A stretch of DNA of 64,000 bases from a virus. This document shows, in pieces, positions 38,204 to 49,193 of this stretch. The first letter of the stretch is position 1. Each line of letters opens with the position of its first letter. The stretch lies in IMG/VR virus record IMGVR_UViG_3300035698_022838, positions 32,001 through 96,000 of that record; one strand, written 5' to 3'. The position numbers and the translations under genes are program-made. The notes under the pieces are model-generated. The model saw nothing but the letters and a program-made list of their open reading frames with translations. It was not told the origin of the DNA and did not search any database.

Positions 38204-39082
38204 TTATAACCAAGATAGATTAGAAGAACCTAAAACTACCCAAGATCCTTCTTCAGTTCCTGTATCTTTACCTATTCTAGGTTCCCATTGTAATTGTATA
38301 GAAGCCTGATAAGGTCTATTTGGATCAACAGTAATACCAGTTGATGGAAATTCACCATAGGTAGCTACTGTGTTAAAACCAGTATATTCAGTTTGTACCC
38401 CAGTTTTAATAGTTCCTGTTCCACCTTGAGTATTTATAATTGTTATTCTGTGTCCTGCAGGTATATTTGATGCAGTACCCCCTGTTGTACCAACACTTAA
38501 ATAGAATCCACTCTCGCATTGTGCATAGATTATATCATCCAAACCAGTTACAGCATAAGGTGCACCTGTAGTTGTTGAAAATCCACCACCCGTAGTGTCC
38601 GAACCAGCAAAAGGTTGTCCTGAAGTAGCTCCAGCAACTATGAGTGTATTTGTACTTCTAATGCTTCCACCAGAGCCTATTGTAAAAGATGAATTTAATG
38701 TAGTTGCTCCACTAAATATAGAAGATCCACTGAAAGTCGAACTACCAGATTGGGTAAGAGTTCCAGTTAATGTTATTGTTCCGCTAGCACTTAATGCAGT
38801 TGTAGATAGACTAGCAAATGAGCCAGCTCCACTCGAATTAATTTGTGCTAATGCCGTACCTCCGCTTGGTATCATTAAAGAATTAAACTTCCCGGTTTTA
38901 GCAGAGATTCTACCAGTTGACGCCTCAGTTAGATCCAAGATCCCATTAGTCGTATCTAGACTAAAAACGTTGTCATAATTATTTATCCAGTTCTCTAATA
39001 AGGTAATATTAGAATTAATTCTAGTTCTAGAACCAGAGATTCCATCAGAGCCTGACATTGGTGTAGTATTTACTGTTGCCAT
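38204..39082 (-). CDS. Short tail fibre/spike-like protein
   Basis: SR..IN.N...L N-terminal anchor, S/T/G-rich beta repeats, C-terminal WVVLG; GATATATA at 39108-39115. Confidence 0.6.
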   Translation of the reverse strand: MATVNTTPMSGSDGISGSRTRINSNITLLENWINNYDNVFSLDTTNGILDLTEASTGRISAKTGKFNSLMIPSGGTALAQINSSGAGSFASLSTTALSASGTITLTGTLTQSGSSTFSGSSIFSGATTLNSSFTIGSGGSIRSTNTLIVAGATSGQPFAGSDTTGGGFSTTTGAPYAVTGLDDIIYAQCESGFYLSVGTTGGTASNIPAGHRITIINTQGGTGTIKTGVQTEYTGFNTVATYGEFPSTGITVDPNRPYQASIQLQWEPRIGKDTGTEEGSWVVLGSSNLSWL

Positions 39083-39107
39083 TTAATGTATTTATTTTAG
39101 TTTGGAA

Positions 39108-39115
39108 TATATATC
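39108..39115 (-). promoter_or_regulatory. GATATATA putative late promoter
   Basis: Restarts the structural operon after phoH. Confidence 0.65.
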
Positions 39116-39162
39116 ACACTACAGCAAAGACAAAAAATTAGATTGAAATTAAATTATAATTT

Positions 39163-39858
39163 ATGGCAAACGGAAAAAGTAAAACTTTTAAACTCACAAA
39201 AAAAGATTTCAGAGACATCTCTCTAACTCCAAACCAAAAGATCTACTCAGACGCAATTTTCAAGAACAAAATAACCTTTTGTTCTGGTCCAGCAGGTACT
39301 TCAAAGACTTTCACAGCATGTTATACCGCATTGCAGATGCTAGCTAAGGGAGAAGTTAAAGAGATAATTCTAACAAAACCAATTCAGGAATCTGGCGAAA
39401 AGCTAGGTAGTTTACCGGGTGATGAAGATGAAAAGGTACGTCCATACCTGGAAAGCTTCATATTAACAATGCAAAAGATAATACCTAAGGAAATGGTTAC
39501 GTTTCTTTTTGCTGATGGTAGGATCTCATTTAGACCATTGGCATATATGAGAGGCGCTACATTTGACGATGCAGTTATGATTCTTGATGAAGCTCAAAAT
39601 TGTGATATGAAGCAAATAATGCTTTATGTTTCAAGGATAGGTAGAGATTCTACTGTTATAGTAGCCGGTGATATTACTCAATATGACATAGCATTCAATA
39701 AAGTTGCTTTACCTAATTTTATCGAAATGGTAAAAGGAATAGACCATGTGGGTATATTCGGGTTTAAAGAAGAAGATATAGTTAGGTCTGAAATCTTAAA
39801 AGTAATAGTCAAAAGATACGAGAAATGGAAATATGATGAATTTAAAAGTAAATCTTAA
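39163..39858 (+). CDS. phoH: PhoH-like ATPase
   Basis: GPAGTSKT, LGSLPG, PLAYMRGATF, ILDEAQN, GDITQYD, DIVRS. Confidence 0.95.
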   Translation: MANGKSKTFKLTKKDFRDISLTPNQKIYSDAIFKNKITFCSGPAGTSKTFTACYTALQMLAKGEVKEIILTKPIQESGEKLGSLPGDEDEKVRPYLESFILTMQKIIPKEMVTFLFADGRISFRPLAYMRGATFDDAVMILDEAQNCDMKQIMLYVSRIGRDSTVIVAGDITQYDIAFNKVALPNFIEMVKGIDHVGIFGFKEEDIVRSEILKVIVKRYEKWKYDEFKSKS

Positions 39859-42800
39859 TTCCCAGCAAAAGTATCATCAGGATTATCATCAATCACTATT
39901 CCTGAGCTAAAAGTTATTTTATTTTCATCTATTATAACTTTTTGTTGAGCCAAAAGATCTCTTTGTAAATCTGCCATTTTGGTATTTCTAGTATTGGCAA
40001 GCTCTATGTACCCATAGTCTATTGAATTAACATATTCTGGGTTAGGGTCTCCAGCAGCAGGGATTGATTGATTCACTACTGTTATGAATGCGGGTTTAGA
40101 TGTTTCATATACGTTTCCTTCTGAATCTTCTATAGAATTTATAATTGAATAATATCCATTCTTAGTAAATGTGTATATGAAATATGGTATATTTTTAACA
40201 TCCAATAATATTTCATTATTTGAAGCGTCAGATAAAACCCATCTATTACTATTTTTCCCATATATCTCTGAAGCATAATTACTCATGAAAATAGTAGATA
40301 ACATAGGTACATATAAATTAGAATTTGAATTATGTACGTCAGCCCACACCCAGGCGCCCGATCCAACCTGAGACCTAATATCTCCCATATCCTTTCCTGT
40401 TAACGTTTTGTAGCTTTCCATAATACCTATGAAATTTCCACTAGCTCCTGGGTATGGTAATCCAGTAGGTCCAGTAACTCCACTATTAGATCCAGCAATA
40501 AAAATATCTAAATCATCAGATACTGATAATTTTAGAGTAGCTTGATCTCCAGTAATTCCAGTTGTAGGGAACGTTGAAAAACTATCAATATAAGTTCCAC
40601 TAACATTTCTTTTAATTATAACATGTGCACTACCACTAATACCTGGTGTTTCAGGATAATGAATTGCATTATAATAATCGGTAGTATTTGTAGTATCAGT
40701 TATATCAGATATGGTTGCATTATACACGTCCACGTACGTATCGGGTAAAACCTCGTATGTTGACAATAAGGTATAATATCCTCCTGGGTTTATTGAAATA
40801 GTAGCTAAATTCAATGCACCAGTCAATCCACTAGCTACACTATCATCATTTGGTGTTGGTACTATTGTAGATTCACCAGTGAATAAAACATCAGCATAAT
40901 ATTGATTATCTGATTTATATCCTCTGATTGTATTATACCAAGTATTATATTCAGCTCCAGTAAGTCCAATATTAGCAAGAAATGCCCCGGTAATACCACT
41001 ATTAGAACTATCATTCAACACGAAATATGCATTAGAATAACCTGGATTTGGATGACTTAATATGAAATCACCATTAGTAACATCATAAGTAGAAGTACCA
41101 GTAAGTAAATATGTAAGTCCCTCTGATAATGAATTGACATCATCTAAAGAAGAAGTATTAACGCCAGTCATACCAATACTAAAGGCTTTTCTTATATTCA
41201 ACGAAGCATTAAGATCTATAACCATCCCGCTTCTATTATATGACGTAAGATCATCTAATGGTGTTGAGAAAACAAAAGCATTAACATTATTGAAATCACT
41301 GTTATTTTCATATTCACCGGTTAGTGTGCTTATACCACCTCTAAAATTACTAGTCAGTCTAACTGTATTCTTAGCAACAGAAAGATCACATGCTCCAAAT
41401 TCATAAGGCCCTGAAACACCACTTATTGTATTATTTGGATCATATCCAGATGAAGCACCAGGGAAATGCCTAAAGTTCTTTAAACAGAATTTAGATGCGA
41501 ATTCATCATTTTCAAAATCAATTCCACCATAGCTTATTTCATTACCTAGATCAAAATCTATTTCGGCAAGAAAGAGCGAAACAGTATCTGTTACTACAGT
41601 CATATCAGGTAAATATGCACCACCAGTAGCACTGGTTGGACCATTTTGAATCCATGGATAATTATAGCTTGCAGTTAAACCAGGAGTCGCAATATTAGAG
41701 AATCCAATAGGTCCACCAATAGGACCAGTTACACCAGTAACAGTCATATTACCAGCACCAGGATATTCTGAGCCATAAAGGAATTTACCTGCTTCTATAT
41801 ACCCAGAATATGATCCTAAAATAAAGAGAGAGGAGTCATCTAATGAGGACGCAATCTTTAATGCTTTCGTATCGTATCCGCGAAGTGGTATAGCTCCTCT
41901 AACTTGACCCCCATCATTAAAGAACGCAATAAAACCTATATTATTAAGACCAACGCTAGCAGTCGGGTTTATATTTTCAATTGTATAATCAGTTATTAAG
42001 CTATTTTGTTCACCGAGTGTTATTGTTGATGTTGTTGCATAACCGGTTACAACATTCATATCTCTATATCTGGCAGTAGATGTTATAGTAAAACTACTAG
42101 TATTATTTAACCAAGTATAATCTGGTATTAATTTATTTAATTCACTTTCTGCATATGGTATAATTTCACCATTATTCCAATATTCTTGGTTACCTGCGCT
42201 TTTATCAATTAGATCTTTAAAGTTAACATCTAAAAACATATTTCTTGGATCTAATCCAGGATGCTGTAATGCAATTTTTTTAACGTCATAATCAAGCCAC
42301 GTAGGGGTAGTCCAAGTATATTTACCAGCTTTTGGTATCTTTGCTTCGTCTCCTGTTGAGCCACTTGTAGTTGGTTCATAATACACAAAATTCCAACCAG
42401 TAGCACCTTCATAATTTGATGTACCATAAACATGTGGTATAGTATAATCAAATAAACTAATCACATTTCCGTTAATAATCCATAGATCGTCTTCATAGAC
42501 AGTCAAATCTCCTCTTTGAGACTTATCATTGGATAATAGTATATCAATGACACGATCGTACGGTAATGGCGGCGTAGAGCTGTTATTATACAGAGTAAAT
42601 GTATCACCGTTGAAATGATATAAACCGTTTGTTGTGGTTGGACTATTTAAAGGATTACCTCTTCTAAAGAAAACATGGCCATTTTTTCTTGCTTGTACCT
42701 TTGTTATGCCGTTACCATCCCCTGCAGTCCAATTATAGAACTTTTCATTATCCCAGTATACTAATCCTGCTTGTGTTCCTGCCCAGTATTTACCGCATTC

Positions 42801-43511
42801 ATCAAATGAAAGTGAATAAACTATATCTGAACCAATCCCAGAATTATTTGAATTCAATTTTTTAAGAGTTGGTATTAGTTGGGTACCATCTATCATAGTC
42901 TGAAGATCCAAATGTCCGTCTGGGATTATTTGTAATCCATCATTAGTTGCCATATAGTAATTAAACCCATCAGGCTCACATCTAGCAGTTATTTCATAGA
43001 TATGTGGCCACGTATATCCTGGAGCTACTTCATTCCACAGTTCAGATTTCTTGTCATATCTCCATAGATAACCACCAGTTGCACTAGATAGACCAGTTGC
43101 ACCAGTACCTAATGCTCCATTTAATGGACTAATAAAAGCAAGTATGTCACTGCAATATGGACTAGCATATATTGTAGGTACTTCCCAATTTGGTGATTCA
43201 TCTATAAGATTACCAAATTCGCTAAGTAACCAAGAAGATCCTGTTGCAGCATTAATATTTTCAGCTGAAAAAACAAGAGTTTGATTCAATGTTTCAGAAA
43301 CTGCACAACCAAGCCATTTAGTATCGTCACTATCAATACTTATAGATCTGGTATCTAAATAATATGGTAAATTATCAGGAACAGTAGAATTTGACGCCCC
43401 ATAATAAGTGCTATCAGCTCCATCATATTTAATAAGATCTCTTCCAGCACACCAAATGTTACCAAAAGAATCCAATTTTGCTTGATTTATATAAAATACA
43501 GTACTTGACAT
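39855..43511 (-). CDS. Large beta-propeller-containing tail/receptor-binding protein
   Basis: Reg_prop-like blades (D..G..W.GT..GL; F..YN..S...LP.D.V..I), many G-x-T-G motifs, PKD-like C-terminus. Confidence 0.65.
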   Translation of the reverse strand: MSSTVFYINQAKLDSFGNIWCAGRDLIKYDGADSTYYGASNSTVPDNLPYYLDTRSISIDSDDTKWLGCAVSETLNQTLVFSAENINAATGSSWLLSEFGNLIDESPNWEVPTIYASPYCSDILAFISPLNGALGTGATGLSSATGGYLWRYDKKSELWNEVAPGYTWPHIYEITARCEPDGFNYYMATNDGLQIIPDGHLDLQTMIDGTQLIPTLKKLNSNNSGIGSDIVYSLSFDECGKYWAGTQAGLVYWDNEKFYNWTAGDGNGITKVQARKNGHVFFRRGNPLNSPTTTNGLYHFNGDTFTLYNNSSTPPLPYDRVIDILLSNDKSQRGDLTVYEDDLWIINGNVISLFDYTIPHVYGTSNYEGATGWNFVYYEPTTSGSTGDEAKIPKAGKYTWTTPTWLDYDVKKIALQHPGLDPRNMFLDVNFKDLIDKSAGNQEYWNNGEIIPYAESELNKLIPDYTWLNNTSSFTITSTARYRDMNVVTGYATTSTITLGEQNSLITDYTIENINPTASVGLNNIGFIAFFNDGGQVRGAIPLRGYDTKALKIASSLDDSSLFILGSYSGYIEAGKFLYGSEYPGAGNMTVTGVTGPIGGPIGFSNIATPGLTASYNYPWIQNGPTSATGGAYLPDMTVVTDTVSLFLAEIDFDLGNEISYGGIDFENDEFASKFCLKNFRHFPGASSGYDPNNTISGVSGPYEFGACDLSVAKNTVRLTSNFRGGISTLTGEYENNSDFNNVNAFVFSTPLDDLTSYNRSGMVIDLNASLNIRKAFSIGMTGVNTSSLDDVNSLSEGLTYLLTGTSTYDVTNGDFILSHPNPGYSNAYFVLNDSSNSGITGAFLANIGLTGAEYNTWYNTIRGYKSDNQYYADVLFTGESTIVPTPNDDSVASGLTGALNLATISINPGGYYTLLSTYEVLPDTYVDVYNATISDITDTTNTTDYYNAIHYPETPGISGSAHVIIKRNVSGTYIDSFSTFPTTGITGDQATLKLSVSDDLDIFIAGSNSGVTGPTGLPYPGASGNFIGIMESYKTLTGKDMGDIRSQVGSGAWVWADVHNSNSNLYVPMLSTIFMSNYASEIYGKNSNRWVLSDASNNEILLDVKNIPYFIYTFTKNGYYSIINSIEDSEGNVYETSKPAFITVVNQSIPAAGDPNPEYVNSIDYGYIELANTRNTKMADLQRDLLAQQKVIIDENKITFSSGIVIDDNPDDTFAGN

Positions 43512-43523
43512 TTCTTTATTTGT

Positions 43524-45140
43524 TTATTTATATATGGATCCCCCATAAGTAATTTTTGTTCCATACCCAGCATAATATCCGGAAGTAGATAGATCTAAAG
43601 TTTGTGCTACACCAGTACATGAATTATAACTTCCTATGGTAGCTGCAAATGGTACTATCTCTATAGGCCCACCCAAATCATTAAGTACATTAGAATTATC
43701 TGTAAGCTCTATACTAGTTACCTTTGAATTTTTTATCATTATAGCTATACCATAATAACTACCTGTACCCCCACGGTGTGCTAAATATAAATCAGATGCA
43801 ACTGCTTCTACATAACCGGTTCCACCAGTAACACCAATAGCTATAGCTGTATTTATCATCTCGGCAATTCCAGTTGCTCCTGCTGGATTATCTGCAGTAT
43901 TTTGCATTTTATAAAACGTACCATTTGACGAATTACCAGTTCCTCCATTTGCATCAAAGTCTATACTTGGATTGTCTACACCTGAAGATTGTGTAACCTC
44001 TAACGTCAAAGTATATTTATTTCCTGGAAACCCTGCATCAGTAAAATATTGAGGTGATACTATAAGTGGATTCGAAGTAGTATTGTCATCTGGGTTTTCT
44101 TGATATTCACCGCCACGAGCATACGCTTGTGCACTATGAACTAATGGGTAGGGTGAACTTATAACACTTGTTAAAAGTGCATCAGACCAATTAAAGCTAT
44201 CTGCTAAAATTGTAATATTACCAGTATCCATATAGAATATATTATTCTTCAATCCTGGGGTAAGATAATCTCCTGAATCTATTGCAGTTTCACCAGGACT
44301 ATATAATATATTATTTATACCAATAACACCAGAGATTTCTTCTATCCCGTCCTCAAACGTACTATCACCTGCTAACCCAGTAGCTACTAAAGTACAATCC
44401 TCGTTTGTCGAATGGAAATTACTTATTACCTGTGCTGCTCCGCCACTAGCTCCAACACCAATTTCGAATATTTTATTATTTAATGGTAAACTAGCATCAG
44501 AACCTTTAAATGCGGATAGAGTAACAGAGGAAGCTTGTATATAAGTATTAGCAATACCATCGGTATTTATATAAACAGTTTCAGCTACTCCAATTTTACT
44601 CATGGTAAAATTATCAGATGTTGTGTCGTGAATAAGACCATTTTCCGCAGTAAGTTGGACAGTAACTTGTCTACTATAACCAGGAGGATCTGCAATATCT
44701 GCTCCTTGCACATCAACCCAATCAGACAATTCAAAATTGGTAACATTTTGTGAGGTAGATCCGCTACCTCCAATGTCCCAACTCCACGTATCAGGACTAG
44801 CGAAATCACCGGTTGAGGCATCGGTAAAATTTATAGTTTCAGACATTATTATAGCAGTATCGCTTTTGGTAAAACTAGCAGTTATAGTTGATGGTAAAAC
44901 GTTTATTAGATTAACATAATATGCGTAATCGATAACATTATTAAAATCTGTTATACTTAAGTATGCATTGTATAAACCAGGTGAAGTATATTGGATATTT
45001 GCAGTTGGACCATATGTTTGTATTATTCCTGAGCCTGTCGTAAATACCCAATGATATACTATATATGGGGTAACCCCACCATAGGTTGTATCAGTAAAAT
45101 CTACTGATTGTGATGCGTATATTGTAATTTGATTTGCCAT
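43524..45140 (-). CDS. PKD-domain virion protein
   Basis: V.FTDT...Y.W.F...Y.SPG.Y...L and ASF....INFTDASTG...TWSWD.G. Confidence 0.75.
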   Translation of the reverse strand: MANQITIYASQSVDFTDTTYGGVTPYIVYHWVFTTGSGIIQTYGPTANIQYTSPGLYNAYLSITDFNNVIDYAYYVNLINVLPSTITASFTKSDTAIIMSETINFTDASTGDFASPDTWSWDIGGSGSTSQNVTNFELSDWVDVQGADIADPPGYSRQVTVQLTAENGLIHDTTSDNFTMSKIGVAETVYINTDGIANTYIQASSVTLSAFKGSDASLPLNNKIFEIGVGASGGAAQVISNFHSTNEDCTLVATGLAGDSTFEDGIEEISGVIGINNILYSPGETAIDSGDYLTPGLKNNIFYMDTGNITILADSFNWSDALLTSVISSPYPLVHSAQAYARGGEYQENPDDNTTSNPLIVSPQYFTDAGFPGNKYTLTLEVTQSSGVDNPSIDFDANGGTGNSSNGTFYKMQNTADNPAGATGIAEMINTAIAIGVTGGTGYVEAVASDLYLAHRGGTGSYYGIAIMIKNSKVTSIELTDNSNVLNDLGGPIEIVPFAATIGSYNSCTGVAQTLDLSTSGYYAGYGTKITYGGSIYK

Positions 45141-45154
45141 TTTTATATATTTAA

Positions 45155-48100
45155 TTAAGGTCCAGTAGCATAAGTAAAACTAACCACTAACGGTGATGCT
45201 GCTCCTGGCATAGTTGCAGGGGGTGCTAAAACCCCTCCTGTACCAGAGAAAGAATTAAAAGTTATTTCAACAGGTTCAGATGTTGTTAATGAGGTTGTTG
45301 CTATAGTAGGTCTTACACGATAGTAAAAATTAGTAATGTTTTCATCTGTTGAATTATTTAGTTGATTTGCAACATCACCCAACGTTAGATACCCTGATGG
45401 ACCATTTATAAATGTTACACCAACAGGAAATGGATATTTTTCTTTTCCTGGACTAACCTTTATATGATCGCCAACCTTCGTAGTATGGATCTCATATCCA
45501 CCTAACCATCCATTATTGTATGAAAAATCATCCCAAGTATGCGCATAAGCTTCATCCCATGTAGACTCATTAAACATATTCCAATTTAGATTTTTTGTAC
45601 CAAAATATCTTATATTACTATTTCCGTCTATATCATCATACGGATCCCAAGGAATATAAGCAGTTCCCCCAGTAATTCCACCAGACAATATAGAATCTAC
45701 TGACACTAAAGTAAGTGAACCGGTTAATGATACAGTTAATACGTCATTGTTACCAATTCCACCTGTTCCGGTATCACTAGCAACATTAATTGTTGCTGGA
45801 GAAACCTCTGGGTTAAATGATTGTGCAAAATAGTCCGGATACAGAGTAACACTATTAATTTCTTGGACAATCGCGTTTACTGTTGCTTGTATATTAGAAC
45901 CTGACGCAGTAGATCCAACATTTCTATTATTTATAGAAACTGTTATTCCTCCACCTCCTGTTACTTTCTGATCAGGTAATACTACAGGATCTAAATAATA
46001 TGCAGTACCTCCAGCAATTGAAGCTGCGCCAGACGTAGTTCCTACCCCATATTCAGGAGACAGTATATATGGAATAGTAAATGAATATCCAGTAGCTCCG
46101 GTGGGTATAGATATATTCCAGGGTTTATTAAGATCGTCAATTGAACCAGTTAAGAATATTTGACTACCTTCTACAAATGAGTGAGGTTCAGTAGTAAAGA
46201 AAAGGCAATAACCATATTGAGAACCTGATGCCCATAAAGAATATGCCTTGGCTATAGATAATATATTCTGAGATATTATAAAATCTCCTGATGCACCAAT
46301 AGGCTCATTATATTTACTAAGTAATAGCTCTTGTCCATTTAATGCATTATTACCATATACAGCAAAATCTAATATAGCCTTTGGTATTTCTTTCGTAATT
46401 TCATTATATGTTTTGCCTTCTGCCGGGGATATCCAAGTAGAATTATAATCATCCCAATCTTTTACTGTTTGGTCCCAAGTATAATTTTCATTTTCCTTAT
46501 ATCTAGTCCATGCATCAATAAGTATTTCCTTTGGTGCTACTTTTATTGTGCTTTTTTTAATTTTAATATTCTTGAAATTAAACGAGTCATATAAATAACA
46601 AGTAACATCATATTCACCAATATATGGTAAAAAATGTGCTAATTTATAAAAATCCTTAGTATACCCACGATATGAAAAATAATATCCAGAACCTACTTGA
46701 TTCTGCGATTTTTCTATGACCCACTCGATCTCATTATATGCTGAAAGATCTATAGAATCCCATGTTAAAGCTTTTGCTGTACTTGTAGTATCAGGAAGCT
46801 CCATAGAATTCCAATCCATTCCCATTTCATCCCATGTCCAATTATCAATTTCGAGTTCAAGTACTACCGGCATTCCAATCGGAGGTTTATACTCCGAACC
46901 GTCTATATTAGTATATATTATTGGATCATTAACATTATCACCTAGATTTTCTAATAAACTATTTTCCTTTAAATAATAATAGTTTGAAATCGCATCAAGC
47001 ATGCTTAGATTCTCTGCTGCTGTGTATTTTTGGCCATTGGTAATTGGGGGTATAATATTACCAAGATCTGAAACGCTGCTATTTACTATATTCATAGCAC
47101 CATTCAGCTTAGTTGTATTCACATCAGAATAGTAATAAATGGTTGCTTGTTCTTGTGGGTTTACGTCAATAGTAACTGTAGCTCCACCTGTTGCACCACT
47201 GTTTGTAACACCTAATGGTAAATTATCACCAGTAAGTCCACTATTGGTACTTAAAACAAAATTATAAGTATCACTATTGATTACAAAGTTGTACCTCTTT
47301 CCTTTGCTTAGATTTAAAGTTTGATTATCCCCGGTTACACCAGCGAATCTAAATACATCACCTGATGGACCTGCTACAGAAACCTCTATGGTTTCTTCAT
47401 TATAATAATTCATTGGTGCCTGTATAGCATCAACACTTTCTCTAGTACCAAAAGCTCTTAAATCCTCAAGAAAACCAAAATCTGGATTCACTTTGAATTC
47501 TAGATCATTTCCAGATTCAATATCAACTCTTTTTAAGGTATCTGTCCATTCTTTAGTATTATAAACATTGAAATAAACACCTTCTCCAGTAATATCAACT
47601 ATTCTAGCATTTAATGGAAGATAACTTTTTTTCAGTCTTTCCTTTAATGCGAATAACTTTACTAATACCTCTTCTTGGGTAAAAGCAAAAGCTTCTGGTG
47701 TTACTGGGTAACCATATGGATCAGTAGCTGTTGATTCAGTATTAATGTCATAATATAAACCAAATAATGCAGTCTTTTTGTATGTTCTGCTAGGAACTAA
47801 GGTATTCTCTGATGAAACATCCAGTACATATTCACCATCTGAATTTGGGCCGTATGTTTGTTCAAGTCTATATTTACCACTATTTTCATTATCTAATACA
47901 TCACTGATTAGTGAAACTTGGTTTGGTATTTTTGTTGATTTATATTTATCTAAAAATATCTTATTTTCTTCAACAGGACGTACGTCTGCTTTAGCATATC
48001 TAAGGTTTAGCCAATATTCTTTTATACGCAAATCTTGGTACCCAAAGAATTTCAAAGCACCAATTAAGCCTTTATAACTACCAATATAAGGAAATATTTC

Positions 48101-49192
48101 CTCACCAGCAACCATAAGTTCCTTTCTCTTTTCGTTGATCTCTAGGTAATCAGGAAGAGGTTCGGCTGGATCATGATCTCTTAATATAGGGGAATCAGTA
48201 CCAAAAAATGCTCGACCCATATTTTGAGTAAGTACATCAAGCCTTTTATCCTCACCTATTACTTGTCCATAGAATAGAATCTCTGCGACTTTTTCGGTGG
48301 TTCCAGACGTAATATCCTCAATTATGAGTTTCCTCTCATATACTTCAGCACCAATATCTGGTGCATTTATAGCAACATTAATACCTAAAGATCTAGAAGG
48401 TGTTCCAGCTTCTGGTGTTACTATATAGCCAGTTGAAAATGTATCTGATGAATTAAGTATAACAGGAATTGTTATATTTTGGTAATTAGTGATTGATGGG
48501 TTTCCATCAATTTCTGGATCTTCCTCATCTATTTTATATGTAAATATGATGTTTGTTACATCAGTAGAACCATAACTATCATTTTCCCACCTAGTTCTCC
48601 ATAATGGAGTATTACTCGAAGCAGTAGCTCCAGTATGTGGTAATCCAACGAAATGTTCACTAGTAACAGAATCTTCAAACTCTTGTATTATGAATATCTG
48701 TTCGTTTTCATATAAACCTGCAGAAACCTCGTCAAAGAAAACAGACCCACTAAAATACCCACCAGGCAAATCTTCACTTATAGTTTCAATATATGCACTA
48801 TTACCATCAGAAATATTAGTAACTCCGGTAATGCTAGAAAATTCAATGCTTACAAGAGCTCCAACCTTATTTATGCCTGAAACAATTCCTTCCAAAACAT
48901 TAGAAGGATGGAATGTAATTTTTAATGTAATTTTTCCACCCTGTGATACTGCATCACTTACCGCAGTTATCCATGGACTTATATCATATCCATTCACATC
49001 ATTTACATTCAGGAATAAAAAATTACTCGAGATTGAATGCAAAGATAGATTACCAGATGTTGAAATCCCACCAATAGGTGCAGATTTATATCTGAAGTTA
49101 TATGTCAAAGGACCAGCAGCAGTAGCTCCAGTATACCCAAAGTTTAAAGGATTTCCCTGCTTATCAAAAAATTTAAGGTGTTTATTAGCCAT
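45155..49192 (-). CDS. Large baseplate wedge protein (gp7/P2-I-like segment)
   Basis: YIGSYKGL..ALKFFGY..L.IKEYW; lies downstream of gp25-gp6. Confidence 0.6.
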   Translation of the reverse strand: MANKHLKFFDKQGNPLNFGYTGATAAGPLTYNFRYKSAPIGGISTSGNLSLHSISSNFLFLNVNDVNGYDISPWITAVSDAVSQGGKITLKITFHPSNVLEGIVSGINKVGALVSIEFSSITGVTNISDGNSAYIETISEDLPGGYFSGSVFFDEVSAGLYENEQIFIIQEFEDSVTSEHFVGLPHTGATASSNTPLWRTRWENDSYGSTDVTNIIFTYKIDEEDPEIDGNPSITNYQNITIPVILNSSDTFSTGYIVTPEAGTPSRSLGINVAINAPDIGAEVYERKLIIEDITSGTTEKVAEILFYGQVIGEDKRLDVLTQNMGRAFFGTDSPILRDHDPAEPLPDYLEINEKRKELMVAGEEIFPYIGSYKGLIGALKFFGYQDLRIKEYWLNLRYAKADVRPVEENKIFLDKYKSTKIPNQVSLISDVLDNENSGKYRLEQTYGPNSDGEYVLDVSSENTLVPSRTYKKTALFGLYYDINTESTATDPYGYPVTPEAFAFTQEEVLVKLFALKERLKKSYLPLNARIVDITGEGVYFNVYNTKEWTDTLKRVDIESGNDLEFKVNPDFGFLEDLRAFGTRESVDAIQAPMNYYNEETIEVSVAGPSGDVFRFAGVTGDNQTLNLSKGKRYNFVINSDTYNFVLSTNSGLTGDNLPLGVTNSGATGGATVTIDVNPQEQATIYYYSDVNTTKLNGAMNIVNSSVSDLGNIIPPITNGQKYTAAENLSMLDAISNYYYLKENSLLENLGDNVNDPIIYTNIDGSEYKPPIGMPVVLELEIDNWTWDEMGMDWNSMELPDTTSTAKALTWDSIDLSAYNEIEWVIEKSQNQVGSGYYFSYRGYTKDFYKLAHFLPYIGEYDVTCYLYDSFNFKNIKIKKSTIKVAPKEILIDAWTRYKENENYTWDQTVKDWDDYNSTWISPAEGKTYNEITKEIPKAILDFAVYGNNALNGQELLLSKYNEPIGASGDFIISQNILSIAKAYSLWASGSQYGYCLFFTTEPHSFVEGSQIFLTGSIDDLNKPWNISIPTGATGYSFTIPYILSPEYGVGTTSGAASIAGGTAYYLDPVVLPDQKVTGGGGITVSINNRNVGSTASGSNIQATVNAIVQEINSVTLYPDYFAQSFNPEVSPATINVASDTGTGGIGNNDVLTVSLTGSLTLVSVDSILSGGITGGTAYIPWDPYDDIDGNSNIRYFGTKNLNWNMFNESTWDEAYAHTWDDFSYNNGWLGGYEIHTTKVGDHIKVSPGKEKYPFPVGVTFINGPSGYLTLGDVANQLNNSTDENITNFYYRVRPTIATTSLTTSEPVEITFNSFSGTGGVLAPPATMPGAASPLVVSFTYATGP

Positions 49193-49193
49193 T

